From Octopus vulgaris (lineage: Eukaryota), in NCBI GenBank assembly GCA_951406725.2, contig OX597819.1:6758001-6822000 (forward strand): a stretch of 64,000 nucleotides of DNA. The letters run 5' to 3'. The position numbers were made by a program, and so were the translations under genes. This document shows positions 12,923 to 28,800 of the stretch, piece after piece (within the stretch, counting starts at the first letter, position 1; each line of letters starts with the position of its first letter). The notes beneath the pieces are model-generated. The model was not told the origin of the DNA, ran no database searches, and saw nothing but the letters and a program-made list of their open reading frames with translations.

Positions 12923-14639
12923 CTAGCATTATGACCCGGCTTTGCCGGGTCATAGTGCTAGTGCATGTATATATGTGTATATATATGTTTACATGTTACA
13001 TGTACATCTATATATATACATCTACACATAAAATAAAAAATACAAAGTTATATCTTGATATCGCTAGTGATAACAATACTCAAAATATAGAGTACAATTC
13101 CAACAGACTGGAATTGTAGGCCCGTCTCTAGCATTTTCAATCAATTGTATTTTGTCCTCCCTCTTGTATAGAAGTATGGCTACAATCGAGCCTACCTCTA
13201 CTTCTGGGGGACATTTTAAAATTTTTATCCGGAACATCCTACGTCCTATATATAAAGGTAAAAATAAAATATTTCCTCTTTGCAAGGTTCGAGTCGAGTA
13301 CTCCCTTGCACGCTCCGTTGACTCGAACCTTGCTTCTATTGTGGCGAATTTATCGCCTCTGGTTAGATACTTGATATCTTTCATAGTCGCACCAAGACAC
13401 TTTTCAATGGTGCTTTCCTTCAGGTGTTCAAATCTTATTTTTTTCTCTACATTGTATACTTTATAGACAATAGTCTTTTCTTTAATTTTATTTTTTATTT
13501 CATTTGGTGGTGTTATCCTAGATTCACCGTCTTTGTCGGTGATCAATCTGAAATAGGTTTGTATTTCTTCCATTTTAATTTTAATGAGTTCGCGCCCGCC
13601 GACGGCTGCAGCGAAATTCATTTTTGGACTTCCTTCTATCGAAGACATTTTAACAAAAATGCTTCCGTATAAACGGTGAAAATATTGTCAATTTCCCCAA
13701 ACAGGGACACAATTCAATTTTTAAACAATAACCAAAGCTCCTTCTCCCAAATGTGGAGGGTTACGGTTTACAATTATTTAACAAATGCAACACAACAAAC
13801 GAGGAACCAACAAACTTGATTACAATAGTTAAACAGTAATAATAATAACAACAAACCTTACGGTGAATCAAAAAGCAGTACTCAGTTGAAGCTATAGTCC
13901 TTTATGGATCAAAAATAAACCAATAGCAGTACTCAGTAGAAGCGGCTATTCGAGAAAACAGACATTAGATACAGCCAAACTTCATATAGATACTTAATGC
14001 TAGCTAATTAGCAGATAATCTAATGTAAAAGCCGTGGTAAAGGGTATGTGCACACCTCCATCTGGACTATTCCATTTCTGCACTTAAATTTTTATTCCCA
14101 TTCATGTGAAACCACTTATTCAAGTTCAAGTCATTGATGAAATTTTATACCAATTGCTATTTTTTACTTTTAATTGTTGTTACGATTTAATTATTATATA
14201 ATACTTTAGTTTGATTTTAATTATTACCTACTGCATATAGTTCAATTGTTATTATTATCTCTAATTTTTATTGTTAAAGTGAAAGTATCTGTCATAAAAT
14301 AGAGAAACGTTTTTGTTTCACTTTTAACACGTAATACTGAAATAGTGGAGAAGATATGATATTTCTATGGGCTCGCCCTAGACAAGAAGTTGAACATTCT
14401 TTTTGCCCATGAAACTACATGGACCCTAAGTAAGGCATGTGTAAAATTTGAATGAAATTGGTTGTGTAGTTCTCAAGTTTTAGGGAATCATAGTGGAGAA
14501 GATATGATATTGCTGTGGGCTCGCCCTAGGCAAAAAGTTAAGAATTGATTTCGCTGATGGCACTCCCCGGACCCTAAGTAAGACATGTGTAAAATTTGAA
14601 TGAAATTGGTAGTGTAGTTCTCAAGTTTTAGGGAAACAC

Positions 14640-14682
<43 letters not shown>

Positions 14683-14710
14683 CACATGCTCAGTTTTATA
14701 TATAGAGAGA
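12923..14710 (-). mobile_element. Non-autonomous Helitron containing a LINE ORF1 fragment
   Basis: Minus 5' A|TCTCTCTATATATAAAACTGAG(tgtc)n at 14710; 3' GC hairpin gacccggcaaagccgggtc then CTAG|T at 12923. Internal tandem duplication at ~14341-14630. Confidence 0.65.
13064..13648 (-). pseudogene. Tx1/L1-type ORF1 N-terminal fragment
   Basis: IKYLTRGDKFATIEARFES...LPLYIGRR..ILKCPPEV aligns by eye with the ORF1 at 5854-6306; ends near PVCWNC. Confidence 0.7.
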
Positions 14711-14915
14711 TAAATGAGCAGAAATCGAACAATATGACCCTCCCCAGACACAACATAATTTGCGTCATCACATGAATTCACGTGAAACTTCGTGCAAACC
14801 AGATACAAAAACAAAATGAATATAAACGTACCTATTTATATAACGCTGGCGTTTCTCCTCAACCTGTTTCCTTTATCCTCAATATATGTGCCTGTGCGCG
14901 CGCGTGTGTATATAT

Positions 14916-15322
14916 ACTCTTTTACTCTCCTACTTGTTTCAGCCATTTGACTGCGGCCATGCTGGAGCACCGCCTTTAATCGAGAAACTCGACCGCGGGA
15001 CTTATTCTTTGCTAGCCCAGTACTTATTTTGCCGAACCGCAAAATAAGTGACGGGGACATAAACACACCAGCATCGGTTGTCAAGCAATGCTAAGGGAAC
15101 AAACACAGACACACAAACACACAAACACACACACACACATATACATATATACATATATACGACGGGCTTCTTTCAGTTTCCGTCTACCAAATCCACTCAC
15201 AAGGCTTTGGTCGGCCCGAGGCTATGGTAGAAGACACTTGCCCAAGATGCCACGCAGTGGGACTGAACCCGGAACCATGTGGCTGGTAAGCAAGCTACTT
15301 ACCACACAGCTACTCCTGCGCC
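14916..15322 (-). mobile_element. SINE family A, full length
   Basis: Complete family A match. Confidence 0.9.
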
Positions 15323-15381
15323 TATAATATATGGATATTATTTTATTAAATCCGAAAAAAGTCTCCAGAAGCATCAGCAAT

Positions 15382-15418
15382 TATTGCTCAGAGTTTCACA
15401 TAATCGCTCATCAGACAT
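15382..15418 (-). ncRNA. Degenerate type I hammerhead ribozyme
   Basis: tgt-CTGATGA-GC gattat GT-GAAA-CTCTGAG-CA-ata; U16.1 has become C. Confidence 0.5.
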
Positions 15419-15607
15419 TTCATGTGATAATACAAACTGGTATGAACGGTTACACCAAACTCTGAGTAAAAGTTTGATTCTCAAGCCTTTTTCAGTTTTA
15501 ACAAAATGGTATTTTATTCTGTTTTTGGTGCTCGAGAATTTATTTCTGCCCTCTTTTGCAACTATGTGCTCATTTGTGTGTGTGCGTGTGCATATATATA
15601 TATATAT

Positions 15608-16027
15608 ATCCTCCAGATACTTTCCACTCTTCGCCAGCAGGGTTGTATCATCTGCATAGCGAAGGTTATTAATATGTCTTCCTCCAATGCTGCTATCCTC
15701 CAGGCCTGCATTCCTCATGACCTTTTCACCAATGGAGAAGTTCTTAAGCAGATAAGGACGAAAATGTCGCTAGAAGTTGGGATCACCAAGCGTAGATTGG
15801 TATATTTCGGTCATATTATGCGGAGAGAATCCCTTGAGAAGGACATCATGCTCGGAATGGTCAGTGGCAAGAGAGGAAGAGGCCGACCAAGAACCCGCTG
15901 GCTTGACACCATCCGGAGTGATACCGGAATGGACATGGTCAGTCTGAAGGAAGCGGCCCAGGATAGAACTGACTGGAGGACACTGATCCAACGAGTGACC
16001 GAGAGTCGACTTCGACTGAGCGGATAG
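15608..16027. mobile_element. RTE LINE fragment with 5' inversion
   Basis: 15608-15716 minus encodes INNLRYADDTTLLA (RT motif); 15717-16027 plus encodes YFGHIMRR...GKRGRGRPRTRWLD...DRTDWR..SRLRLSG*. Confidence 0.85.
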
Positions 16028-16233
16028 AGAGAGATATATGCATGTGTATGTGTGTATATATGTGTATGTATGTATATTCGGAAAACAAACTTTTTTCTGT
16101 CGAGAGCTTATGTGCCCCATTAACAGACTATTTTCTTTAGTCATTGAGCGGTGGTCGCAATAAGCTTTAAACCTATAAAATACTATTATTATTATTTACA
16201 GAATTGTAAAGATCAGCACCGCTTAACAAAACC

Positions 16234-16268
<35 letters not shown>

Positions 16269-16299
16269 TGTATGTATGTATGTATGTATACATATTTAT

Positions 16300-16531
16300 A
16301 AGGCGGCGAGCTGGCAGAAACGTTAGCACGCCGGGCGAAATGCGTTGCCGTATTTCGTCTGCCGTTACGTTCCGAGTTCAAATTCCGCCGAGGTCGACTT
16401 TGCCTTTCATCCTTCCGGGGTCGATAAATTAAGTACCAGTTACGCACTGGGGTCAATGTAATCGACTTAATCCGTTTGTCTGTCCTTGTTTGTCTCCTCT
16501 GTGTTTAGCCCCTTGTGGGTAGTAAAGAAAT
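16300..16531 (+). mobile_element. SINE family B, full length
   Basis: Family B match. Confidence 0.9.
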
Positions 16532-16833
16532 ATATACTTATTTATATTTTATTCACCTATCACGGAACATGCCCTTCGCAAATTGTGAAGCATTTTATGG
16601 ACTCTATATGTAAGTGTCTGAATAGCTCAAGAATAGATTATATACTCAGCTGGATCTAATTGTCTGCATGTACTACAGCAACATCACCCTGCTTGTACTT
16701 CTGTAGTAAGCTTAGTATTTACATAATGTTGTTTTGTGTGTATATTATTCCGACTTAACGAGGTGCCTCAACTTAAATAACAAGATTCCTCAACTGAATG
16801 AATCTATGTATACATATATATACATATATATAA

Positions 16834-16881
<48 letters not shown>

Positions 16882-16937
16882 ATATATATCTATATATATA
16901 TATACATGTATATATATATATATATACATGTATATAA

Positions 16938-18861
<1,924 letters not shown>

Positions 18862-19619
18862 TGTATGTATGTATGTATGTATGTATACTTTTCGTGTGTA
18901 TTAAGACTACCGTTGGTTTCATGTTCAATGAAGTGTTTAGTATTCATACACATTGTTCAATATTTACATACTTAATATATATATATATAGAGAGAGAGAG
19001 CGAGAGAAACAGAGAGAGGGAGAGAGAGAGAGGGATAGATAGATATAGATATATATATAAATACATGCACACATATAAAGAAATGTGTGTGTGCGCGTGT
19101 GCGTACATTGTCATCAGTTGAATAAATAATTATACTCTATAACATGATTTGAGTGCTTTTTCTTTAGTTCATTACTATCAATGTAAATATACGTGTATGT
19201 TTATTGAATGCATTTGCGTATATTATTTTCAAAAGAAAAAAACAATGCAGTAAATAATTCATTTCCGTTGCGAGTGGTAGATCACCAAAGCAGGAAATAG
19301 CTTGATTAGATGCAATCTTTAGCCATCCGACTAACGAGGAATAATCCCAGTACTTTTTTTTCTTTATTTTCTTACAAAGACACAATATTAATAATGTTAG
19401 CTGTGAGCATTGTTGAGCGATTAAGAAGTTCGCTTCTCAGCCGACTTGAGTTTGTGTTCGATCCCACTGCGTTACACCCTGAGCAATTGCTTTTGTCTTC
19501 CTTTTTTTTTTCTTTTTGTCTTTCCAATTGCCTTGGTTTAGCTAAAGTCTTGAGGGTTTGTTAGTGTATATGTATATATATATATATGTATATATGTATG
19601 TGTTTATGCATGTGTGTGT

Positions 19620-19686
19620 AATAGACAGATAGACAGACTGACTGACAAGCAGGCAGGTAGAAAGACATACAGACAGACAGACAGAC

Positions 19687-19773
<87 letters not shown>

Positions 19774-19774
19774 C

Positions 19775-19873
<99 letters not shown>

Positions 19874-19875
19874 AG
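19620..19875. repeat. Compound (GACA)n(GATA)n(GAAA)n microsatellite
   Basis: Read directly. Confidence 0.95.
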
Positions 19876-20228
19876 GTGAGCGTGAGTGTCCTTCACGGTG
19901 CTTTGCGAATGAAGTGACTGATATTTGCAGTGTGTTGTACGTCTGCGTAGGGGCCCCTTCACTGAAAATAACGTTATCTCCCGCATATTTAAAAAATCCC
20001 TGGCTTTAACTCGGAGTTGATTCTGACTCTTTGCCAAACAAACCTGCGACCCACTTAGTAGGAACGATCATATGACACTGCTGTTGCAAATTTCCAAGGG
20101 CCCATCCGAAAGACGGCATTCGGCTGATTACCAAAGCTGCAATTACTTACACCTTGCAGTTCAACGACTCTTTTCCTTCTCTGTAATGTCCCCTATTATT
20201 CCGACAATTTCTGCATCTTCTGTATTGT

Positions 20229-20441
20229 ACTCTTTTACTCTTTTACTTGTTTCAGTCATTTGACTGCGGCCATGCTGGAGCACCGCCTTTAGTCGAGCAA
20301 ATCGACCACAGGACTTATTCTTTGTAAGTCCAGTACTTATTCTATCAGTCTCTTTTTGCCGAACTGCTAAGTAACGGGGACGTAAACACACCAGCATCGG
20401 TTGTCAAGCAATGCTAGGGGGACAAACACAGACACACGAAC

Positions 20442-20512
<71 letters not shown>

Positions 20513-20520
20513 TACGACAG
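20229..20520 (-). mobile_element. SINE family A, 3' half
   Basis: Tail and central part of family A. Confidence 0.85.
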
Positions 20521-20649
20521 TTTTTATCAGTTTGAAAATTTGTTGGTAGATTTCAGCAAGAAAAACGTAGGCACGTTAGGAATTATTGTAAGGTTGTGCT
20601 GGCCTGGATACAAAAAAATGGAAAAAAGGTTTAACATAGCATCTGAAAG

Positions 20650-21300
20650 ATCATTATCAGTACAGGTGACAAGAGGAGAAAGGACAAGTGGGACAGGTTT
20701 GCGTCAGAGAAGGAATAGTTTGTTGGCCGTTATATGTAACGGTAAAATAAGCAAAAGTACAAAAGACAGTATTTGTGTGTTATTAAAGAGAGCATGTTCG
20801 GAAGCGCTTAGATAGTAATAGATCTATTTTCTAATAGATAGGCTTTCTACAGAATTTAGCCTTGTACATTTTTGTGTAGAAGCACCAGTTCCAGATAGAC
20901 AATATAGATATTAGTTGTGATTTGTTGAGGCCCAAAGTATCTTCTGATTCTGAAAAAGAGGTAAGCCTGAGAGTGAGATACATAACTGAACCTTTCTGTA
21001 CATACTTGATAGTGTGTGTATGTCTGAAAAATCTCCACCAGCCCTTGTTTAAATGCTGAAGTCTAACAGAAAACTTCGTTCGTGAAGATAAGATATAGAG
21101 AAGTGTAAGTTCGTTAGAAGGTCCTCATATCAGATACAATTTAAAATTTCAATCAAGAGGCAAATATTCTACAATCCTGTTTGCTGTTCAAGTATGCCCT
21201 TTGTATTTTAAGGCTCTTTTACAGTTGTTACAAAGGGACTGAGACCAGCCACTTGGTGATTACTAATGTTTATTTCCTCCTGGTCTATTTCCTAGCTGCT
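20650..21300 (-). mobile_element. Decayed CR1/Jockey-group LINE, region C-terminal to RT
   Basis: LFRIRRYFGPQQ, ..GASTQK.TRLNSVE and FYRY.NG-like motifs across frameshifts. Confidence 0.4.
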
Positions 21301-21546
21301 AAAGCTAAACCTAGTCGTAAGTTTGATGTGCAAGAACATAATGTAGTTTCTAGTTGACTGTGAAGAAACACATTTGCTGTCAAAAGTAGTCGACATAAAA
21401 GTGGCGTAACTCCAATTATGAAGCTATTATGATGGCCGGAGAATTTGGAATGGATTAATGTATAATTTAAATAGCTACTGAGTATAATGGTGGCTCTTCT
21501 GTTGGTGTATTGTGAAGGTTCTAAAGTTATAGTGATAGCTAATATA

Positions 21547-21753
21547 ACTCTTTTACTCTTTACTCTTTTACTTGTTTCAGTCATTTGACTGCGGCCATGC
21601 TGGAGCACCGCCTTTAGTCGAGCAAATCGACCCCGGGGCTTATTCTTTGTAAGCCCAGTACTTATTCTGCCGAATCGCTAAGTGACGGGGACGTAAACAC
21701 ACCAGCATCGGTTGTCAAGCATTGCTAGGGGGACAAACACAGACACACGAACG

Positions 21754-21801
<48 letters not shown>

Positions 21802-21967
21802 TACGACAGGCTTCTTTCAGTTTCTGTCTACCAAATCCACTCACAAGGCATTGGTCGGCCCGGGGCTATAGCAGAAGACACTTGCCCAAGATGCCACGCA
21901 ATGGGACTGAACCCGGAACCATGTGGTTTGTTAGCAAGCTACTTACCACACAGCCACTCCTGCGCCT
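21547..21967 (-). mobile_element. SINE family A, full length
   Basis: Complete family A match. Confidence 0.9.
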
Positions 21968-23419
21968 ATTGTTAAAGAAACAACATCTGACATATTGACA
22001 ATAAACTAAGTTAGCAGAATAGCAATGTGTTAGAAGGTTGAGTTGACGCGAAATTAATGTTTTTACAGTTTCGATAATTGACGAAATGTAGTGTCAAAAG
22101 ACACCACAATCTTCTATTTATGGTTTTGTTTTATGTTTATTTCATCAGCTACACTAGAAAATATTATAAATAGCTCTCTTCAGTCAACAACTAAAAGGTA
22201 TTTTACCTTATTTTATGTAAATTTCAAAACGTCTTAATTTCCGTCATCGACGCATTCCGATACTTCACATCAAACGAACAAGACATGGACATCATGTAAA
22301 TTTACAAACAGAACACTTAGCAATCGAATCTGAAGGCTCTGCTAGAAAAATTCCTCTTTCTTTTACTTATGACAAGCACCTATTTTATGAGATACGAAGA
22401 AGTGAGTCAGAATTGACAACGAAAGTGTTTGCCTATGACAGGTGAAAGAATATAACATTCCGTTTAAAATGTTTTCTGCATTTACTTATTTTTTTTGTTA
22501 TCTCTGACCTACAAAGTATAAAAGATTGTTACTCGAATAAAGATTGCTGATATTTAGCTTTTTAAAATGTTAGAAAAGTTAAAAATCAATATTTATCTTC
22601 AGAAAAAATATAAGAAAGGCCAACTTTTATTATATTTAGCAAAAATACTTTCTTTTGAAATGTTCCTAGATTATCTTTGTATATTTTATGTTTGTTAAAC
22701 ATAATAACACATTTCACTAGCATGAAGTCTTCCCAATGCTTATTTTACAATTTTTTTGAGATTATTTGTCACCCTGATAAAATGTTTCCTTAGATTTATC
22801 AGTCTGGTCTGTAATCTTACAAACAACTAATAACATACAAAACCTTCATGGCACCGTGCTTCTTTCAAAAGGTAATTTGTCTGAGCTAAATGTATTTACA
22901 CTTTATTTAATACTTGTTTCTTTATAATCGGATGTTTAGTACGAGGTAAATGGGCCTCTATAATGCAGAGAAATTTTATATGGGAGTAGGATGTGAAGTT
23001 CATATTTCATATGGCTTTAGTAACAAAGATAAAAACAATCTACCTTTTCAAATGAGTATTCACTTGTAGAGTGAATGTCATTTTATACATCTAGCGATCT
23101 ACAGAAACTTTAAATTAGAGACTTAAAGGCCTTATAACTCGAATAATATCTTAGTAGGATCTGAGAGTAGTACTAATTACCAATTCTAATTAGAAGTTTT
23201 AACATCTTCTTTTCTACATTTTTCTAATTTTTAGTATTTTTTTATATAAGATTTTATCTTATACATGCTTATAACAAACATTTTACTTATTTTACTTGCT
23301 TGCTTTAGCAGGCTATCATTTCGAGATGATGAATATTTGTTAGAAATATATATTTTTTGACTCCCCCAAAAGTTTGAATTGTTGTACTTCGACTTATTCT
23401 TTCTCATATATATATACAG

Positions 23420-23632
23420 TTAGTGTTTTGTGTTTGTGTTGCTCCCTCTATCCACTGCTTAACAACTGTTGTTGGTCTATTTACGTCCCAAGTTACGTAG
23501 CGATTCAGTAAAAGAAACCGGTAGAATAAGTACTAGGCTTAAAAATATGTACTGAGGCCGTTTAGTTTGACTAAGCTCTTCAAGGTGTTACTCCAGCATG
23601 GTTGCAGTCCAGTGATTGAAACAAGTAAAATA
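23420..23632 (+). mobile_element. Old SINE family A-related 3' half
   Basis: Diverged ...gtagaataagtact...ctccagcatggttgcagtccagtgattgaaacaagtaaaa. Confidence 0.65.
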
Positions 23633-23817
23633 TTTCCAACACAGTTGACTGTCTTCTCTGTTAAATGTGTCCGATATGTGCCACGGGTTAGTATGACAAG
23701 TCGCAAACGTTAAACTTAGTTTTACTACCATGGTGTTTGTCCACGCTCCAGCACATATTGCATACCGACGAATTTATTGTGCAATGTAGTCTTTTTCGGT
23801 CTACCCAGCTTAATACT

Positions 23818-24760
23818 GGTTTCGAATTCGGGCACAAGGTCAGCAATTTAACAAGATAAGTCGATTATATCGACCCCAGTACTCAACTGGTACTTATTTT
23901 ATCGACTTCGAAAGAATGAAAGGCAAGGTCGACCCCGGCGACATTTAAACTCAGTACGTGCAGACGGCCGAAATACCTATTTCTTTACTACCCACAAGGG
24001 GCTGAAACAAAGAGGACAAACAAGGACGGACAAACGGGTTAAGTCGATTATATCGACCCCAGTACTCAACTGGTACTTATTTTATCGACTTCGAAAGAAT
24101 GAAAGGCAAGGTCGACCCCGGCGACATTTAAACTCAGTACGTGCAGACGGCCGAAATACCTATTTCTTTACTACCCACAAGGGGCTGAAACAGAGAGGAC
24201 AAACAAGGACGGACAAACGGGTTAAGTCGATTATATCGACCCCAGTGCGTAACTAGTACTTATTTAATCGACCCCGAAAGGATGAAAGGCAAAGTCGACC
24301 TCGGCGGAATTTGAACTCAGAACGTAGCGGCAGACGAAATACCTATTTCTTTACTGCCCACAAGGGGCTAAACACAGAGGGGACAAACAGGGACAGACAA
24401 ACGGGTTAAGTCGATTATATCGACCCCAGTGCGTAACTAGTACTTATTTAATCGACCCCGAAAGGATGAAAGGCAAAGTCGACCGCGGCGGAATTTGAAC
24501 TCAGAACGTAGCGGCAGACGAAATACCTATTTCTTTACTACCCACAAGGGGCTAAACACAGAGAGGACAAACAAGGACAGACAAACGGATTAAGTCGATT
24601 ATATCGACCCCAGTGCGTAACTGGTACTTATTTAATCGACCCCGAAAGGATGAAAGGCAAAGTCGACCTCGGCGGAATTTGAACTCAGAACGTAGTGACA
24701 GACGAAATACCGCTAAGCATTTTGCCCGACGGGCTAACGATTCTACTAGCTCGCCGCCTT
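23818..24760 (-). mobile_element. Tandem array of five SINE B units (183-184 bp period)
   Basis: Junction aaatacctatttc at 23971, 24154, 24337 and 24521; one head at ~24705-24760. Confidence 0.9.
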
Positions 24761-25727
24761 CGCACCCAAACCAATATTAATCTCTAGTCATATCAGATGT
24801 AATCGACTTCATGTTTTTCTACGCTAAATGTATTACACTCGACCTACTGACTGTCTCTTCTTTATCACATTAACATGTGTATCCCTCACCACACACATAA
24901 AGATCTTCTAATACACCCACCACAAAGATTGACCTTTGTGACCTACCACGCATCCAATGAAATTTCAGATACGCCACAGTAAACACCAACAGCAATGGCG
25001 TAGTAACTGCTGTAGTTATTCCTTTCGAATCTTAAACGAAAAGACTTGAATCTTCAGATTTTGTGAACGTCTTTGTTGTGTATTTAATGATTTGTCTTCC
25101 TAAAAGCCTCACAACTGAATAAACATGTATTTCTGAAGCCAATCTAATCTAATTACAGTAATTAAGCGTGAACGTGTTCATCAGTAAAATGCAAAACTTG
25201 TTTTCCGGGTGTTTTCTCCAAACTTTGGTTAGACAACTACGCTGCACATAAAAATATCAAAACAATTATGACTCTGGGCAATTTTTGAAGAAATCACTTA
25301 ACAAGTTCTTCATTCATATTCCAATTAAATTCCTTTCTCATTAAGATTTTAATATGACTAACTGTAATTAGCTAATTGAATCAAATTTGATAACAGAGAG
25401 ATTTTCCTGGGGCTACCAGACCCTCGTCATTTTATTGAAGACAGCTTCAAAGAAACTATTCAATTAATTTAATTATCGATGACTATAGATTGTAGACTAT
25501 GACATGCTAGCTTTCGATCCTTTCATCGGGTGTTCAAGTTTGAACTCCATATTGCCATTATATATGTGTGTGCATGTTTGTGTATTTGTATGTATGTGTG
25601 TCGGTGTGCCTATGTGTGTATACATGCATACATACACACACACACACTTTATACAGAAAGGTAAAATGTTAAGATTTACATTATACAGACACTTATGTTT
25701 ACTATATGAGTGTGGTTGTATATGCAT

Positions 25728-26335
<608 letters not shown>

Positions 26336-26336
<1 letters not shown>

Positions 26337-26720
26337 CGATGGGCTTCTTTCAGTTTCCATCTACCAAATCCACTCACAAGGTTTTTGTCGGTCCAAGGCT
26401 ATATTAGAAGACACTTCTCCAAGTTGCTACGCAGTGGGACTGAACCCGGAACCATGCTTCTTACCACAACCACTCCTGGTATGTATGTGTGTGTGCGTGT
26501 GTATCTGTGTGTGTGTGTGTGTGTGTGCCATTGTGTTTGTGTTGTATTTGTCCCCGCTTGATAACCGGTGTTGGTTACTTTACCCCCCACCCCCCCACCC
26601 CGTAACATTGCAGTTTCGGCAAAAAATTATTGGATAGATCTGTTCGATGAAATCTTTCGACGCACTGTCCCAGCATGCATGCAATCCAATAACTATAACA
26701 AGTAAAACATAAAAGATATT
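26336..26720. mobile_element. SINE A fragments (minus-strand 5' half, plus-strand old 3' half)
   Basis: Family A motifs in opposite orientations. Confidence 0.65.
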
Positions 26721-26829
26721 ATGTCAATAATAGATTAAGTTAAATTATTAACTTCTTCCTCTATCTGTATACATTGGGATATTTCAATTAAGCACTGTAA
26801 CTTTATTCCCCTTAAATTATGTAGTTTCC

Positions 26830-27005
26830 TAGGTGGCGAGCTTAGCGGCATTTCGTCCGTCTTTACGTTTTGAGTTCAAAAATCTGCTGGAGTCCACTTT
26901 GCTTTTCACCCTTCGAGGATTTATAAAATAAGTACCAGTTGAGAACTGGGATCGATTTAATCGACTTAGCCCCTCCACCGAAATTGCTGGCCTTGTTCCA
27001 AAAGT
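26830..27005 (+). mobile_element. Old SINE B-related copy
   Basis: ggtggcgagcttagcggcatttcgtc...taagtaccagttgag. Confidence 0.7.
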
Positions 27006-28419
27006 ACACATTATGTACTTTCCTAATCTCAGTAGATGTATTACATTTTCCATATATAGATCGAAAGTCCAACTATAGTTAACTACTTCAATCAGTTTTT
27101 ACTTTGAGTCAGCTCCTCAAGATTTCATCAGTAATCGAGTAATGGGTCCTCCCAATAAATTCCACCATTCATCTGAAAGAAAGAAGTTACGCAACAATAC
27201 TTAACATTTACCATTGATTCTTAGTATTACCTTGCTTCCTACTTCTTTTATTAGATAATTTTTTATTTCTGTATTCTTTCGTATCTCGAATACTTTCCGA
27301 CGTTAAATTCTAAACTTAATATCTTTCTAATATCAAAATCCTTGATACGTTCATTCCTTACTTGCTTTCATAGCTGAGCGAACTCATGACTTTATTTCCT
27401 CCATGACGTCATCAAGTTTAACATTTGTGGTATGATAACTTTCTGAATATCATACTATACGGACATCATCAATCATTTGGTGACGATGCCATTACTGCTA
27501 AGATCATCTCTTGACACTTCCGTTCCTTTATAACTTACTAACTCAAGTCTGCAGATATTATGATTTAGCGATCTCAACTTCAATACGTTCATCAGACTGC
27601 AATTTAATAGTACATCTCTTTAGAAAAATCTTCCTAGTCTTGAAGACAGCTATTTCTCCTAGACGTATGCTTATCTCTTACTTGGACTTTCAATAGACAT
27701 ACATAAATGCACACACACACTATATATATATATATATATACGTATAACTATATCACTGTCCTATATAATTTAGCCGACAACCGCAAGTTTGCCAGACAAA
27801 AGCAACTATTATCTCTGCTCGACCTTAACGACCAATTATATCCAACATTATAAAAGGTGGAAAACATTTACTTCAAAGTCCATTTCCGGTTTAATCTCGA
27901 TTAAAGGACAAAGATATATGTACATATGTCTATATTTACGATCTTCTTCTCAGAAAGAGAACAGGGCGGAGATCAAAACATTTATAATCTGAAATTATTG
28001 ATTTCCAATAAATAACACTGGAAATTATAAATATTGGTAAGTGACTTACCGTTTTTTTTCATCCCTTATTATATGAATATATGAATAGATACGCTTTACT
28101 TCGAACCAAAGCTCTATTAATTAGGGTTTTGCTCTATTAGCGTTATTATTAGCAGTGCTTATGCATTGTCGAAAACACACATGGCATTGTATTCCACATC
28201 ATGTATCGGTCAGTATGTTTTTTTAATGAAAGTCAAAGAGTGAACTAATAATATGATATGTATATTATGCATACATGGTGTGTGTGCGTGTGCGTGTATG
28301 TGTTCATGTGTGTGTGTATACATGCACAAACATGTGTGTGTGTGCGTGTGTACATATAAATATATGTATACTTACGCGTCTGTTCGAGTGTGAGTGCACA
28401 TGTATATATGTGTGTGTGT

Positions 28420-28663
<244 letters not shown>

Positions 28664-28665
<2 letters not shown>

Positions 28666-28800
28666 TTAGGAAATATTATTCCAAACTTACAGGGAAAAAT
28701 TCAATTTAGCAATACTAAATCAAATTTCACAATATATAATATATGTATATAAATTAGAGAAGAACCACCATGTAGCAATTCAACAATGAAATTACAATGA
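28664..28800 (-). mobile_element. 3' terminal segment related to the element at 16938-17120
   Basis: atattaggaaat..tccaaacttacagggaaaa..aattagaga.aaccac resembles 16944-17045. Confidence 0.55.

Noticed and set aside
23818-24760. CRISPR-like periodicity
   Set aside because: Whole-unit SINE repeats without unique spacers; eukaryotic context; no cas genes.
27775-28042. Candidate exon ending in gtaagt
   Set aside because: All frames from the nearby acceptors contain stops.
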